A stretch of DNA of 64,000 bases from Bacteroidia bacterium (GTDB lineage: Bacteria > Bacteroidota > Bacteroidia > UKL13-3): contig JBIINH010000002.1 in the NCBI GenBank assembly GCA_044337585.1, forward strand, positions 1,212 to 65,211. The letters run 5' to 3'. The notes beneath the pieces were generated by a model. The model was not told where the DNA came from. It made no database searches and saw nothing but the letters and a program-made list of their open reading frames with translations. Shown here piece by piece: positions 8,720 through 18,249 of the stretch (positions are counted from its first letter, which is position 1; every line of letters starts with the position of its first letter). The position numbers and the translations under genes were made by a program.

Positions 8720-11419
8720 ATGAGCAGATCACTGATCATCGGTGTATTAGGCACCCTCCTTGTTATAGCTGTTTTATCGGCTTTATTTTATCAACATTAC
8801 ATCAAATCCGGAATCAGGCCTTTACATCATGCCATCCCGAACTCGGCTATCTTTTTTATTGAATCTGAAAATTGGAACAGCTTGTATGGGTCTATAACAG
8901 AACTGCCAGCCTATAATGAATTGATTAAGAATGATGCAGTTAAACCTGAGTTGTTCAAATTGCAGCAAATTGATTCTTTACTAAAACAAAATACAGAACT
9001 TTTTAACCTTATTCATGGAGATAAGATAGGGCTTTCTATGCATGTATTGGGTAAAGATATCGCTTGGTTTTTAGTAGTTCAAACAAAAAAAATCCCACCC
9101 AAATTGGAGGCTATTAATGACTTACTTACCAAACTTAATTTAAAAGTAAGCAAACGCCTTTTTGAAAACCAACAAGTGTTTGATGCTTACCAATCCGATG
9201 GAAGTCCGGTTCTTTCCATTTCAAGTCTTGGAGATTTTATGTTTCTATCGGCTCAGGGAAGTTTGGTTGAAGATGCTATTAGAAAAATTAAATATACCTT
9301 AACGAACGATTGGAGGAGCATTAATAAACCTTATAATATCACTAATGGTAAATATGACCATAATGTTTACATCAATTATGGCAAACTTCATCATTTATTT
9401 ACAGCAATCACCATTGATTCTATTAAAGCTGACAAGTTTTTGTTTTCATCTTTTGCCTCTTGGTCAGTATTACAAACCGAGATAGAAAAAACAGGAATTG
9501 CTTTTAAAGGTGCCACATATACAGACGACTCAATATTTCAATTTTTAGATGTACTTAATAACCAAAAACCAGTATCTGCAGATAAGATGTTTGCTTATTT
9601 GCCTGCCAATCTAGCCTTCTATCAACATATTGGCATTCAGAATTATCCTCAATTCAAATCAGATTTAAAAGAATACAACGATTTTCATGGTTCACAAGAT
9701 TCTATTCAGCAATATGTGATGGATATCAAACAAAAGTCTGGTTTTAATCTAGACGAATTGAGTACATTTTTTGGTGAAAATCATTTTTTAATTATTTCAG
9801 AATTTAATCAAGGAGAAATAACTTCAAATGCATCAGCTATTTTGCAAATTAATAAGCCTGAAGAGTGTCTTCAAGCAATTAAAATTTTTGCATCAAAAAT
9901 AAACTCAGGAATATCCGATAGTTTATTTTCGGAATATACTTATTTGGGTAAACAAATTTATTACCTACATGCCGGAAAATTACCTGCATATTATTTAGGT
10001 GCAGCATTCAATATTATTGAAAACCCTTTTGTTGCCGTGTATGAAGAAGTACTTATAATGAGCAATACGTTGGCTGAAATGAAATCAATTATTGATCGAC
10101 TAAGTACTAAGCAGGTGCTTGTAAACGATGAACAATTTATTCAAGTAACACAAAAGCAAAAAACACTTTCTAATTATTCGATGTATATAAACTCCAGTAA
10201 AGCTTATCAGATTCCCTATCAATTTTATGAGTCGAGTATGCTTACTATGATGAATATTTATATGAAAGAAATGAAAAAAATCACACATATTCATTTACAG
10301 TATGCCTCGGCAAATGATAAAACTTTCTATACAGGAATGTATTTGGCTTATGACAACGCATTTGAAGAAGATACCCGCATCATGTGGTCATATCTAATGG
10401 ATACAACAGCAATAAGAGCACCCGAGCTAGTAGATGTAGATGGTAAAAAAGGTGTATTTGTACAAGATGTGCTTAACCAATGTTACTTATTTGATGAGTC
10501 GGGGAGCTTGAAGTGGAAAGTGAAATTAAGCCAAGCCATTGTTAGCGAATTGCATCAAGTTATTGTATCGCCTACTAATACTCGCGCCTACTTATTCAAT
10601 ACTTCAGAATCGGTTTATTTATTAAATGAAAATGGCAACAATATGAGCGGTTATCCGGTTCGTTTGCCCGGAAAAACAAAATTTGCACTATCAATGGTGG
10701 ATTGGTACGGAGACAGCACCTATGAGTACTATGTTGTTCTAAATAATAAACGTGTTGCGGGTTATCAATTGAATGGACGCATATTGCCAAATTGGACAGC
10801 TAAACCGATTAGTGACTCTGCCATTTCCGCTATTGGTTTCATTACAACCACTTCAGAAAAATTGCTAGTTGTCAACCAACACTCAAGCACAAAATATTAT
10901 TCATTAGATGGAAAGAAAAGAGACAGCGTTTTAGTGAGCCACACGAAATTGCCACTGTTTGTAAGCTATGAAGAAGGAAAAGAATGCGTGATTTGGACAA
11001 AAGATAGCACACGGCTATACCTCAACCAGTTTGATACAGCCATGCAGGTTTCAAAATCTAATCCAATAGCTTTGATATCTGCCAATGCACGTTTTTATTT
11101 GCACAACGGTAATTTATTTGTAAACGACAAAAAAAAATTAACTGTTTGGCGAACCAATGGGGTGAAAGTATTCGAAATCAGCGCTGATTCTATTGCCCAA
11201 CCATTCGCCCAATCGTTTTATAGCAAAGGAGTGTTTTATGGATTCCAAAAATATCCAGAGGCAACTCCTGTTTTGCTAGCTGCTGATGGAGCACCTTATG
11301 AAAATTTACCTTCAGAAAAATTTATAACCTTTACAGTAGGAAATAATAAAGAAAATACCCAGAAGATATTGGTTGGAACAAGCCTTAACAAGCAAATTAT
11401 TTTTTATTTTTTGAAATAA
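8720..11419 (+). CDS. Large N-terminally membrane-anchored protein with beta-propeller-like C-terminal repeats; function unknown
   Basis: MSRSLIIGVLGTLLVIAVLSALF single TM anchor. The C-terminal third has repeated about 40-aa units (GVFVQDVLNQCYLFDESGSLKWK, SVYLLNENGNNMSGYPVRL, RVAGYQLNGRILPNWT) reminiscent of PQQ-like propeller blades. About 899 aa. Confidence 0.6.
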   Translation: MSRSLIIGVLGTLLVIAVLSALFYQHYIKSGIRPLHHAIPNSAIFFIESENWNSLYGSITELPAYNELIKNDAVKPELFKLQQIDSLLKQNTELFNLIHGDKIGLSMHVLGKDIAWFLVVQTKKIPPKLEAINDLLTKLNLKVSKRLFENQQVFDAYQSDGSPVLSISSLGDFMFLSAQGSLVEDAIRKIKYTLTNDWRSINKPYNITNGKYDHNVYINYGKLHHLFTAITIDSIKADKFLFSSFASWSVLQTEIEKTGIAFKGATYTDDSIFQFLDVLNNQKPVSADKMFAYLPANLAFYQHIGIQNYPQFKSDLKEYNDFHGSQDSIQQYVMDIKQKSGFNLDELSTFFGENHFLIISEFNQGEITSNASAILQINKPEECLQAIKIFASKINSGISDSLFSEYTYLGKQIYYLHAGKLPAYYLGAAFNIIENPFVAVYEEVLIMSNTLAEMKSIIDRLSTKQVLVNDEQFIQVTQKQKTLSNYSMYINSSKAYQIPYQFYESSMLTMMNIYMKEMKKITHIHLQYASANDKTFYTGMYLAYDNAFEEDTRIMWSYLMDTTAIRAPELVDVDGKKGVFVQDVLNQCYLFDESGSLKWKVKLSQAIVSELHQVIVSPTNTRAYLFNTSESVYLLNENGNNMSGYPVRLPGKTKFALSMVDWYGDSTYEYYVVLNNKRVAGYQLNGRILPNWTAKPISDSAISAIGFITTTSEKLLVVNQHSSTKYYSLDGKKRDSVLVSHTKLPLFVSYEEGKECVIWTKDSTRLYLNQFDTAMQVSKSNPIALISANARFYLHNGNLFVNDKKKLTVWRTNGVKVFEISADSIAQPFAQSFYSKGVFYGFQKYPEATPVLLAADGAPYENLPSEKFITFTVGNNKENTQKILVGTSLNKQIIFYFLK

Positions 11420-11465
11420 ACAGAATTATTACAATACTTTGCTGAACCTCAAAAACTAATTAACT

Positions 11466-13130
11466 ATGAACCGTTTAATTACCATCCTTGTATTCTTACT
11501 AGTCTTGGTACTTTCTTCTTGCTTAAAAGATGTAGAAGAGCTATCGAATATAAAAGGATTTAAATTTAATTCAGAAATATCATTTCCATTATTTCAAGAC
11601 GAAGTTGGCTTGAAAGAATTGTACGAAGAATTTTCTAAAACCGGCTTTGTTCGAATTGAAGATGGTCAGCCCATTACGATGGTATATAGTGGAAGAGACA
11701 GTATCACACAACGCCAATTAATTAGTATCCCACCGATTAGTAGTAATTTTAATTTCTCCGTTGACCCAATTATTGCAGGTGTATTTAATTCAGTAGGTTC
11801 ATTTAGCCAAACCATAAACGGTGATGAGAACTTACTTTTTCCCAATGGTGAGCAAGTGAAACAAATTTTTGTAAAGTCAGGTGTTGTGGAATTTTTTGCG
11901 ACTAGTACCATAAAACATGATGTCAAATTGGTATTTACCTATCCTGATGTAAAGAAGAATGGATTGCCGTTAACCGACAGTGTGGTAATGAGCTTCTCTG
12001 GCAGTTTACCAGTGGTGGCTAATAAAGCTATTGATATGACAGGCTATGTAATAGACTTAACCGATAACAATACAACTGTAAATAAACTACGATATGTTAT
12101 GCGCGTTGAGATACTTAAGATGCCAGGAAATCCCGATATGGCAGCAGGCGAAGGACTTACATTTGTTCAATCTACAGATGTTCTTCAATACAATTTCATG
12201 AAAGGTTATTTAGGGAAATTCACTTTGTTAAACATGAATGAAATCTTGGATATAGATCTCTACAATGCAAGTGATGGTGGTAATTTGGAATTCAATGATC
12301 CTCGCATTATCATCCAATTGGCGAACGGATTTGGGATGCCCGTAACACTAAAAATTAATCGCATATATGCAGTAACTACTGATGATTTAGTGATAGATGT
12401 GATAATGAACCAATTCCAAGATACCGTTACATTGCCATATGCTCAATTTGAAGGGGACTACGGAATAGGTATTTACAAATTGGATAATACCAATTCCAAT
12501 ATAAAAGAAATACTTAACAGTAAGCCCAAAAAATTGGTTCTTAAAGTAGATTTTATAGCTAATTACAATCAAGTGGTCTCTGACAATTTCATGTTTGATA
12601 CGAGCTCTTTTAAAGCAATTGCCGATGTAGAGTTGCCTCTTGATTTAAAAATATCAGATTACGGAGTGAACTTATCAGGCGAGTTTTCATTTCCAGGCAC
12701 AGAACAAAATGACACTACAATCAGATTTGAGTATATTACCTTGGCCAGTACTGCAACTAATAATATGCCAGTAGGAACAGCCATACAGGTGTATATGACA
12801 AAACTTGACAGTAGCTTTAATCCACCCTTAGTTACAATTGTTGACAGTATATTCCAATCGCCTTTGCTGTTGGCTCCAGCTATTGTGGATGCCAATGGGG
12901 TTGTACTTAGTCGAAGTGAGTCCCAAAACTTTACAAATGTTAGCCAAGAACGATACAACAATTGGGTAAATAGTGGAATCAATGGCTATACAATGCATTT
13001 CGAAGTTAATTCTTCAAAAGTTGGCTCGCCTCCCGTTCAACCATTTGTTAAAATTTATTCAACCCAAAAAGTTGGTTTAAAAATGGGAATGAAAGCTAAA
13101 GCATCTTACACCACTAAATCGTCAGACTAA
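11466..13130 (+). CDS. Hypothetical lipoprotein (554 aa)
   Basis: Signal peptide plus lipobox LVLSSCLKD; no known motif; 46 bp downstream of the 899-aa gene. Confidence 0.55.
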   Translation: MNRLITILVFLLVLVLSSCLKDVEELSNIKGFKFNSEISFPLFQDEVGLKELYEEFSKTGFVRIEDGQPITMVYSGRDSITQRQLISIPPISSNFNFSVDPIIAGVFNSVGSFSQTINGDENLLFPNGEQVKQIFVKSGVVEFFATSTIKHDVKLVFTYPDVKKNGLPLTDSVVMSFSGSLPVVANKAIDMTGYVIDLTDNNTTVNKLRYVMRVEILKMPGNPDMAAGEGLTFVQSTDVLQYNFMKGYLGKFTLLNMNEILDIDLYNASDGGNLEFNDPRIIIQLANGFGMPVTLKINRIYAVTTDDLVIDVIMNQFQDTVTLPYAQFEGDYGIGIYKLDNTNSNIKEILNSKPKKLVLKVDFIANYNQVVSDNFMFDTSSFKAIADVELPLDLKISDYGVNLSGEFSFPGTEQNDTTIRFEYITLASTATNNMPVGTAIQVYMTKLDSSFNPPLVTIVDSIFQSPLLLAPAIVDANGVVLSRSESQNFTNVSQERYNNWVNSGINGYTMHFEVNSSKVGSPPVQPFVKIYSTQKVGLKMGMKAKASYTTKSSD

Positions 13131-13131
13131 C

Positions 13132-14514
13132 ATGAAAAAGATAATTAGTTTTTCTGCCGTTTTATTCTTCTCAGTAAGCTTGTTTGCTCAGATAGAAACA
13201 GTCTTACCATCAATGCGTGGATTGTATCAAGCAGGTTTTGTAAACCCGGCATTTCTACCCGAACATAAAATACAAATTGGCCTACCCGCATTAAACAATG
13301 TTGGTCTTGATCTAAATCTAAATGGCATCAATGCCAAGGGAGTTATTGATAGCAAGGATACAGCAGGTATCGTGGATATGGATAAGCTTGCTAAAAATAT
13401 TGAAGGTGATGCATTTGGATTTAGGTATGCATATGTAATGGATTATATTTATGTGAGTTTTCCTATTTCTCATGGATTTTATATGGGGCTTGGAGCGCAA
13501 ATAAATAACCAATTGAATTTTAATATTAGCAAGCAATTATTGGCAGCAGATATCTTCTCTGCCGGAAATACTGTTAGCTTAAGTGGTACTGGTGCCCAAA
13601 TCATGACTTATTCCAATATCAACGTAAGTTTAGCTAAGGTAATCAAAAATAAATTTACGGTGGGTGGTAGGTTTAAATACCTTATCGGACACGGCTATGC
13701 AGCTATTGAGGATTTTGAAGTATCAACTACTACCGGGGCAAATGCACCTTATCCAATTCAAGTAAATGCAAATGGTAAAATTCTTACTTCTGGCTTACCC
13801 GTCTTATTTAATGAAGTAAATGGACAACCAACTACTGAAGATCAGAAAAAATTCGAACCCAACAAATTGATCTTTCCCAAAAACTCTGGTTTCGCTATTG
13901 ATTTGGGAATGACATATAAATTTGATAAGAAAATAAGCATGTATGCGGCTTTAAATGACTTAGGTTTTATAAAATGGCGACAACAAGCATATCAGTACGA
14001 TTTGAGTAATGTGCAAGTAAATTACGAAGGACTAACGTATGATTTATTAAACAGCCCAACCCGCAGACAAGAGTATTTTGATAGTTTATTAGCACTTTTT
14101 GATCGTACTACCTTATCTGAAAAGGCATTCACTAGATGGCTATCGGCTCGCTATATGGCTGGAGTTGACTATGATATAACCAAACGCGATCGTTTTGGAA
14201 TTTTATTACAAGCACAAACTTTGCCTTCGTTTACAACTTTTGCAGCTACAGCCTCTTACACCAGGGCGTTTGGAAAGGTGCTTAGGTTACATGTGAATTA
14301 TTCATATTTAAGTGATGCGCAATCGGCTGTAGGTGTGGGTATGGAACTTAAAATGGGACCAGTGCAATTATATTTTGTGCAAAATAATGTGTTAATGTGG
14401 ACTAATTTGGCCGAAGCCAATGTACTTGCTTTTCGTTTGGGAATCAATTTGGTATTTGGTCAGTCGCAGTATTATAAAGACCGTGAGGCTGAATATGCTT
14501 CAGATGCGAAGTAA
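13132..14514 (+). CDS. Hypothetical outer-membrane protein (putative beta-barrel)
   Basis: Signal peptide MKKIISFSAVLFFSVSLFAQ; alternating hydrophobic beta-strand patterning; starts 1 bp after the lipoprotein gene stop. Confidence 0.55.
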   Translation: MKKIISFSAVLFFSVSLFAQIETVLPSMRGLYQAGFVNPAFLPEHKIQIGLPALNNVGLDLNLNGINAKGVIDSKDTAGIVDMDKLAKNIEGDAFGFRYAYVMDYIYVSFPISHGFYMGLGAQINNQLNFNISKQLLAADIFSAGNTVSLSGTGAQIMTYSNINVSLAKVIKNKFTVGGRFKYLIGHGYAAIEDFEVSTTTGANAPYPIQVNANGKILTSGLPVLFNEVNGQPTTEDQKKFEPNKLIFPKNSGFAIDLGMTYKFDKKISMYAALNDLGFIKWRQQAYQYDLSNVQVNYEGLTYDLLNSPTRRQEYFDSLLALFDRTTLSEKAFTRWLSARYMAGVDYDITKRDRFGILLQAQTLPSFTTFAATASYTRAFGKVLRLHVNYSYLSDAQSAVGVGMELKMGPVQLYFVQNNVLMWTNLAEANVLAFRLGINLVFGQSQYYKDREAEYASDAK

Positions 14515-14616
14515 TTCTAATTAGGTTATACTTTAGGTTTCATAACAACCAATTACGCATTTGTTAAAAAATGTGTAGGTTTGATGACGTATTTAATACG
14601 ACACAAAAAAGTATTT

Positions 14617-16104
14617 ATGAAGAAAATATTGATTGCCAATCGTGGTGAAATTGCATTGCGTGTAATGCGGACGGCAAAGGAAATGGGTATAAAAACCGTA
14701 GCTGTATTCAGCGAGGCGGATAGAGAAGCCTTGCATGTTAGATATGCAGATGAGGCATATTGCATTGGGCCAGCAGCATCAGCCCAATCCTATTTGAAAA
14801 TAGATACGTTACTACAAGTAGCCAAGCAATCAGGTGCAGATGCTATTCACCCAGGTTATGGTTTCTTATCAGAAAACGCAATTTTCGCTGATAAGGTGAA
14901 AGAAGCAGGTCTTATTTTTATTGGACCAACAGGTGATGCCATGCGAATTATGGGAAGTAAAATTGGAGCAAAACAAGCTGTGAGTGCATTTAATGTACCC
15001 ATGGTGCCCGGTACTAAAGAGGCCATAAAAGATTTAAATGAAGCCAGAAAAATTGCCAATGGAATTGGTTATCCGGTTTTGATTAAAGCATCGGCAGGAG
15101 GAGGCGGAAAGGGCATGCGAATTGTTAATAATGAATCGGAATTTGAAGAGCAAATCAAATTGGCACAAAATGAAGCAAGATCTGCATTTGGAGACGATGC
15201 CGTTTTTATAGAGAAGTATGTGGGTTCGCCAAAACATATCGAGATTCAGATACTTGGCGATACACACGGAAACATTGTTTATTTGTTTGAAAGAGAATGC
15301 TCCATTCAGCGTAGACATCAAAAGTTGGTAGAAGAAGCGCCATCTTCTTGCCTAACAGCTGAAATTAGAAAAAAAATGGGAGAGGCGGCAGTGAATGTTG
15401 CCAAAGCTTGCAATTATACAGGAGCAGGTACGGTTGAATTTTTGGTAGACGAATCCCTCAATTTTTATTTCTTGGAAATGAATACCCGTCTTCAGGTAGA
15501 ACATCCTGTGACGGAACAAATTGTAGGACTTGATTTGGTGAAAGAACAAATACGTGTGGCCAGAGGTGAGCAATTAGGCTATCAGCAAAACGATTTGAAA
15601 ATACATGGACATGCATTGGAGTTGAGGGTATGTGCAGAAGATCCAATGAATAATTTTTTGCCCGATATTGGTACACTAAAAACATACACCACACCACAAG
15701 GCTATGGCATTAGGGTAGATGATTCATTTGAACAAGGGATGAGTATTCCCATTCACTATGATCCCATGATTGCTAAGCTCATAACATTTGGTAAAGACCG
15801 TGAAGAGGCAAGGTTGAGGATGATACGTGCCATTGATGATTATATCGTAACGGGTATTGAAACAACCCTAACATTTGGTGCATTTGTAATGAAACATCCC
15901 GCTTTTATTAAAGGCGATTTCGATACTAAATTTATTGAGAAGCACTTTAAACCTGAAATGCTGAAACAAGAAACTGAAGGAGACGAAGAAATAATAGCCG
16001 TTGCTGCTGATGTATTTCTTAGCCAAAAATCGTCATCAATTTCGTTATCTCAGTCTCCTGCATCTGCTGTTATAAACTGGCACAAAAATCGTAAAACATT
16101 TTGA
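14617..16104 (+). CDS. accC: Biotin carboxylase subunit (acetyl-CoA/propionyl-CoA carboxylase family)
   Basis: MKKILIANRGEIALRVMRTAKEMGI, ATP-grasp and biotin carboxylase C-domain; a C-terminal extension gives about 495 aa. The start is taken at the internal ATG rather than the track start at 14581. Confidence 0.85.
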   Translation: MKKILIANRGEIALRVMRTAKEMGIKTVAVFSEADREALHVRYADEAYCIGPAASAQSYLKIDTLLQVAKQSGADAIHPGYGFLSENAIFADKVKEAGLIFIGPTGDAMRIMGSKIGAKQAVSAFNVPMVPGTKEAIKDLNEARKIANGIGYPVLIKASAGGGGKGMRIVNNESEFEEQIKLAQNEARSAFGDDAVFIEKYVGSPKHIEIQILGDTHGNIVYLFERECSIQRRHQKLVEEAPSSCLTAEIRKKMGEAAVNVAKACNYTGAGTVEFLVDESLNFYFLEMNTRLQVEHPVTEQIVGLDLVKEQIRVARGEQLGYQQNDLKIHGHALELRVCAEDPMNNFLPDIGTLKTYTTPQGYGIRVDDSFEQGMSIPIHYDPMIAKLITFGKDREEARLRMIRAIDDYIVTGIETTLTFGAFVMKHPAFIKGDFDTKFIEKHFKPEMLKQETEGDEEIIAVAADVFLSQKSSSISLSQSPASAVINWHKNRKTF

Positions 16105-16137
16105 TATCATGATACCTTTAGCTAGGCGATTGCTCAA

Positions 16138-17106
16138 GTGAAAAAATCTATTCAATACACATTTTTGTTTGTGCTTGGAATGGCTTTATTCTATGCAGCA
16201 TTTTATCAAATTAATTTTGCAGAATTGGAAGCTATACTCGTCAATGGGAATTATATTGTAGCAATTCCTGTTTTTATTATATCTGTTTCTGGGTATTTTT
16301 TTCGCATATCTCGGTGGCAACAAATGTTATCAGCCACAGGATGTTTTACAAAAAAGTCTACCTTGTTTGCTTCCCTTTGTGTAGGTTATGGTGTTAATTT
16401 TGCAGTCCCCCGTTTGGGCGAACTTACAAGGTGCTATATCATTAAAAAGCACCATCAGATTCCTTTTGAAAAATCAATATTAAGTGTGTTGGCTGAGCGA
16501 TTATTCGATACAATTTGCTTGTTTTTTTTGCTATTAATTCTGCTTGTTGGTTATGCTGAAAATATTAGTAATTATTTGTCAGAAAATATACTTGAACCCT
16601 TTTTTTCTGTGCTGTCTTTGCCTATTGCGGTAATTTTGTTGTTGCTTGTTTTAGCCGGTTCGACTTATTTGGTTTACATGTTCAATAAGGCATCTTCATC
16701 TATCATTAAAAGGTATCTTTTAATATTAACCGATATTTCATCTTTGATAAATCTAAAGTCGTTTTGGATATACACTTTACTCATCTGGCTATGCTATTAT
16801 TTAATGACCTATTTATGGTTTTTTACTTTTCACGAAACTTCTATACTTACCCCATCTGATGCATTTGTATTGATGGTTGTAGGCAGTTTTGGAAGGTCTA
16901 TTCCTGTTCAAGGTGGAGGCATGGGAGCATATCATTTTTTGGTTGCAAATGCGGCCGTAATGTTAGGTATCACACTAGTTCAAGGCAATGCTTTGGCTGT
17001 TGTCATTCATGGAATCCAAAGTATTTTTACAATTACTTTAGGTTTGCTTGCTTATTTTTGGCTTTTATTTAAACCCAATGACAAAACTCAAACTTCTGCT
17101 GATTAG
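16138..17106 (+). CDS. UPF0104/lysylphosphatidylglycerol-synthase-like (flippase-like) integral membrane protein
   Basis: 322 aa with about 8 TM helices, matching the TIGR00374-like architecture. Confidence 0.55.
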   Translation: MKKSIQYTFLFVLGMALFYAAFYQINFAELEAILVNGNYIVAIPVFIISVSGYFFRISRWQQMLSATGCFTKKSTLFASLCVGYGVNFAVPRLGELTRCYIIKKHHQIPFEKSILSVLAERLFDTICLFFLLLILLVGYAENISNYLSENILEPFFSVLSLPIAVILLLLVLAGSTYLVYMFNKASSSIIKRYLLILTDISSLINLKSFWIYTLLIWLCYYLMTYLWFFTFHETSILTPSDAFVLMVVGSFGRSIPVQGGGMGAYHFLVANAAVMLGITLVQGNALAVVIHGIQSIFTITLGLLAYFWLLFKPNDKTQTSAD

Positions 17107-18247
17107 TTTATTTTCAAGCGCTGCATTGTTTGCACAAGTAACCAAACAAGGAAATGATACCCTTTTGGATATTGGCTGTTGGAATATAGAATGGTTTGGT
17201 GATGCTAGTAATGGACCTCAAAATGAGCTCCTTCAATATAATAACGTGAAGTCCATTTTAACTAATACTGATATAGATGTTTGGGGATTGTCTGAGGTAA
17301 GTAGTCTTTCTTCATACATGAGTCTGGTTGATGATTTGGAAGTATATGATGAAATATTGGCTTCATACAGTCAAACACAAAAAACAGCTTTGTTATGGAA
17401 AAAGGAAATGTTTGATTTGGTATCGTGGCAAATGATTTTAAATACTTCTCAGTACAGTATTGACTTTGCCTATAGGCCACCACTCGAAGTGGTTTTAAGA
17501 ACAAAGAATATACCTGTAATTGATACTATTTATTTTTATGTTGTACACCTTAAAGCTTTTTCAGACCAAGATTCTTACAATCGTAGAAAAAATGCATCAG
17601 TTCATTTAAAAACTTTTTTGGATGCAAACAGATCAAATAAAAAAGTAACAGTAATAGGTGATTGGAATGACAATGTTACATTCCCCACATGGGCGGGAGC
17701 TACCGAATCGCCATTTAAAAATTTTGTTGACGATACAGCAAATTATTTTTTCACCTCAAAACTACTTTCTGACCTTGGAAAAAAATCCTATGCTCGGTCT
17801 TACGGAACTATGATTGATCATCAATTAATTTCAAATGAATTATTTACTTTTTATGTAGACAGTTCAGCAAAAGTATTGGATAACTTACCTCAACAAATTT
17901 CAGGATATGTTGATAGTACTTCAGATCATTATCCTGTCTTGTCATTTTTCAATTTGAAACGTCAAGACACCATCAACACTTCATTATTAGAGCAGTTTGC
18001 ATTGCATGCCATAACGGTTTATCCAAATCCGGTGAAAGAGCAGTTTTATATAGAAACAAAACAACCTATTAACAGAGTTACATTGAGTGATATGCAAGGG
18101 CGAACCTTGCATGCTGAAATATTTTACGAACAGATAGGGAAATATCGGCTAGTGATACCTACCGAAATAAGAAATGGCATTTACCTATTGGAAGTAAAAT
18201 TAGTTGACGGAAACTCCATTGTTGACAAGTTAATGATAAGCAAATAA
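17078..18247 (+). CDS. Endonuclease/exonuclease/phosphatase (EEP) family protein with T9SS C-terminal sorting domain
   Basis: Signal peptide MTKLKLLLISLFSSAALFAQ; EEP-like body; C-terminal ITVYPNPVKEQFYIET...GIYLLEVKLVDGNSIVDKLMISK is a typical Por secretion CTD. Confidence 0.7.
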   Translation: MTKLKLLLISLFSSAALFAQVTKQGNDTLLDIGCWNIEWFGDASNGPQNELLQYNNVKSILTNTDIDVWGLSEVSSLSSYMSLVDDLEVYDEILASYSQTQKTALLWKKEMFDLVSWQMILNTSQYSIDFAYRPPLEVVLRTKNIPVIDTIYFYVVHLKAFSDQDSYNRRKNASVHLKTFLDANRSNKKVTVIGDWNDNVTFPTWAGATESPFKNFVDDTANYFFTSKLLSDLGKKSYARSYGTMIDHQLISNELFTFYVDSSAKVLDNLPQQISGYVDSTSDHYPVLSFFNLKRQDTINTSLLEQFALHAITVYPNPVKEQFYIETKQPINRVTLSDMQGRTLHAEIFYEQIGKYRLVIPTEIRNGIYLLEVKLVDGNSIVDKLMISK

Positions 18248-18249
18248 GC

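Noticed and set aside
14581-14616. Upstream ATG starts proposed by the ORF track for accC (14581), and likewise for pyrD (32615), lysC (61357), ftsB-like (45037), the oxidoreductase (4066) and the large membrane protein (8702)
   Set aside because: The internal starts give canonical N-termini (MKKILIANRGE, MYKLLL..AHYFT, MKVFKFGG, and so on) or proper signal and TM segments. The upstream extensions add nonconserved residues or overlap promoter motifs.
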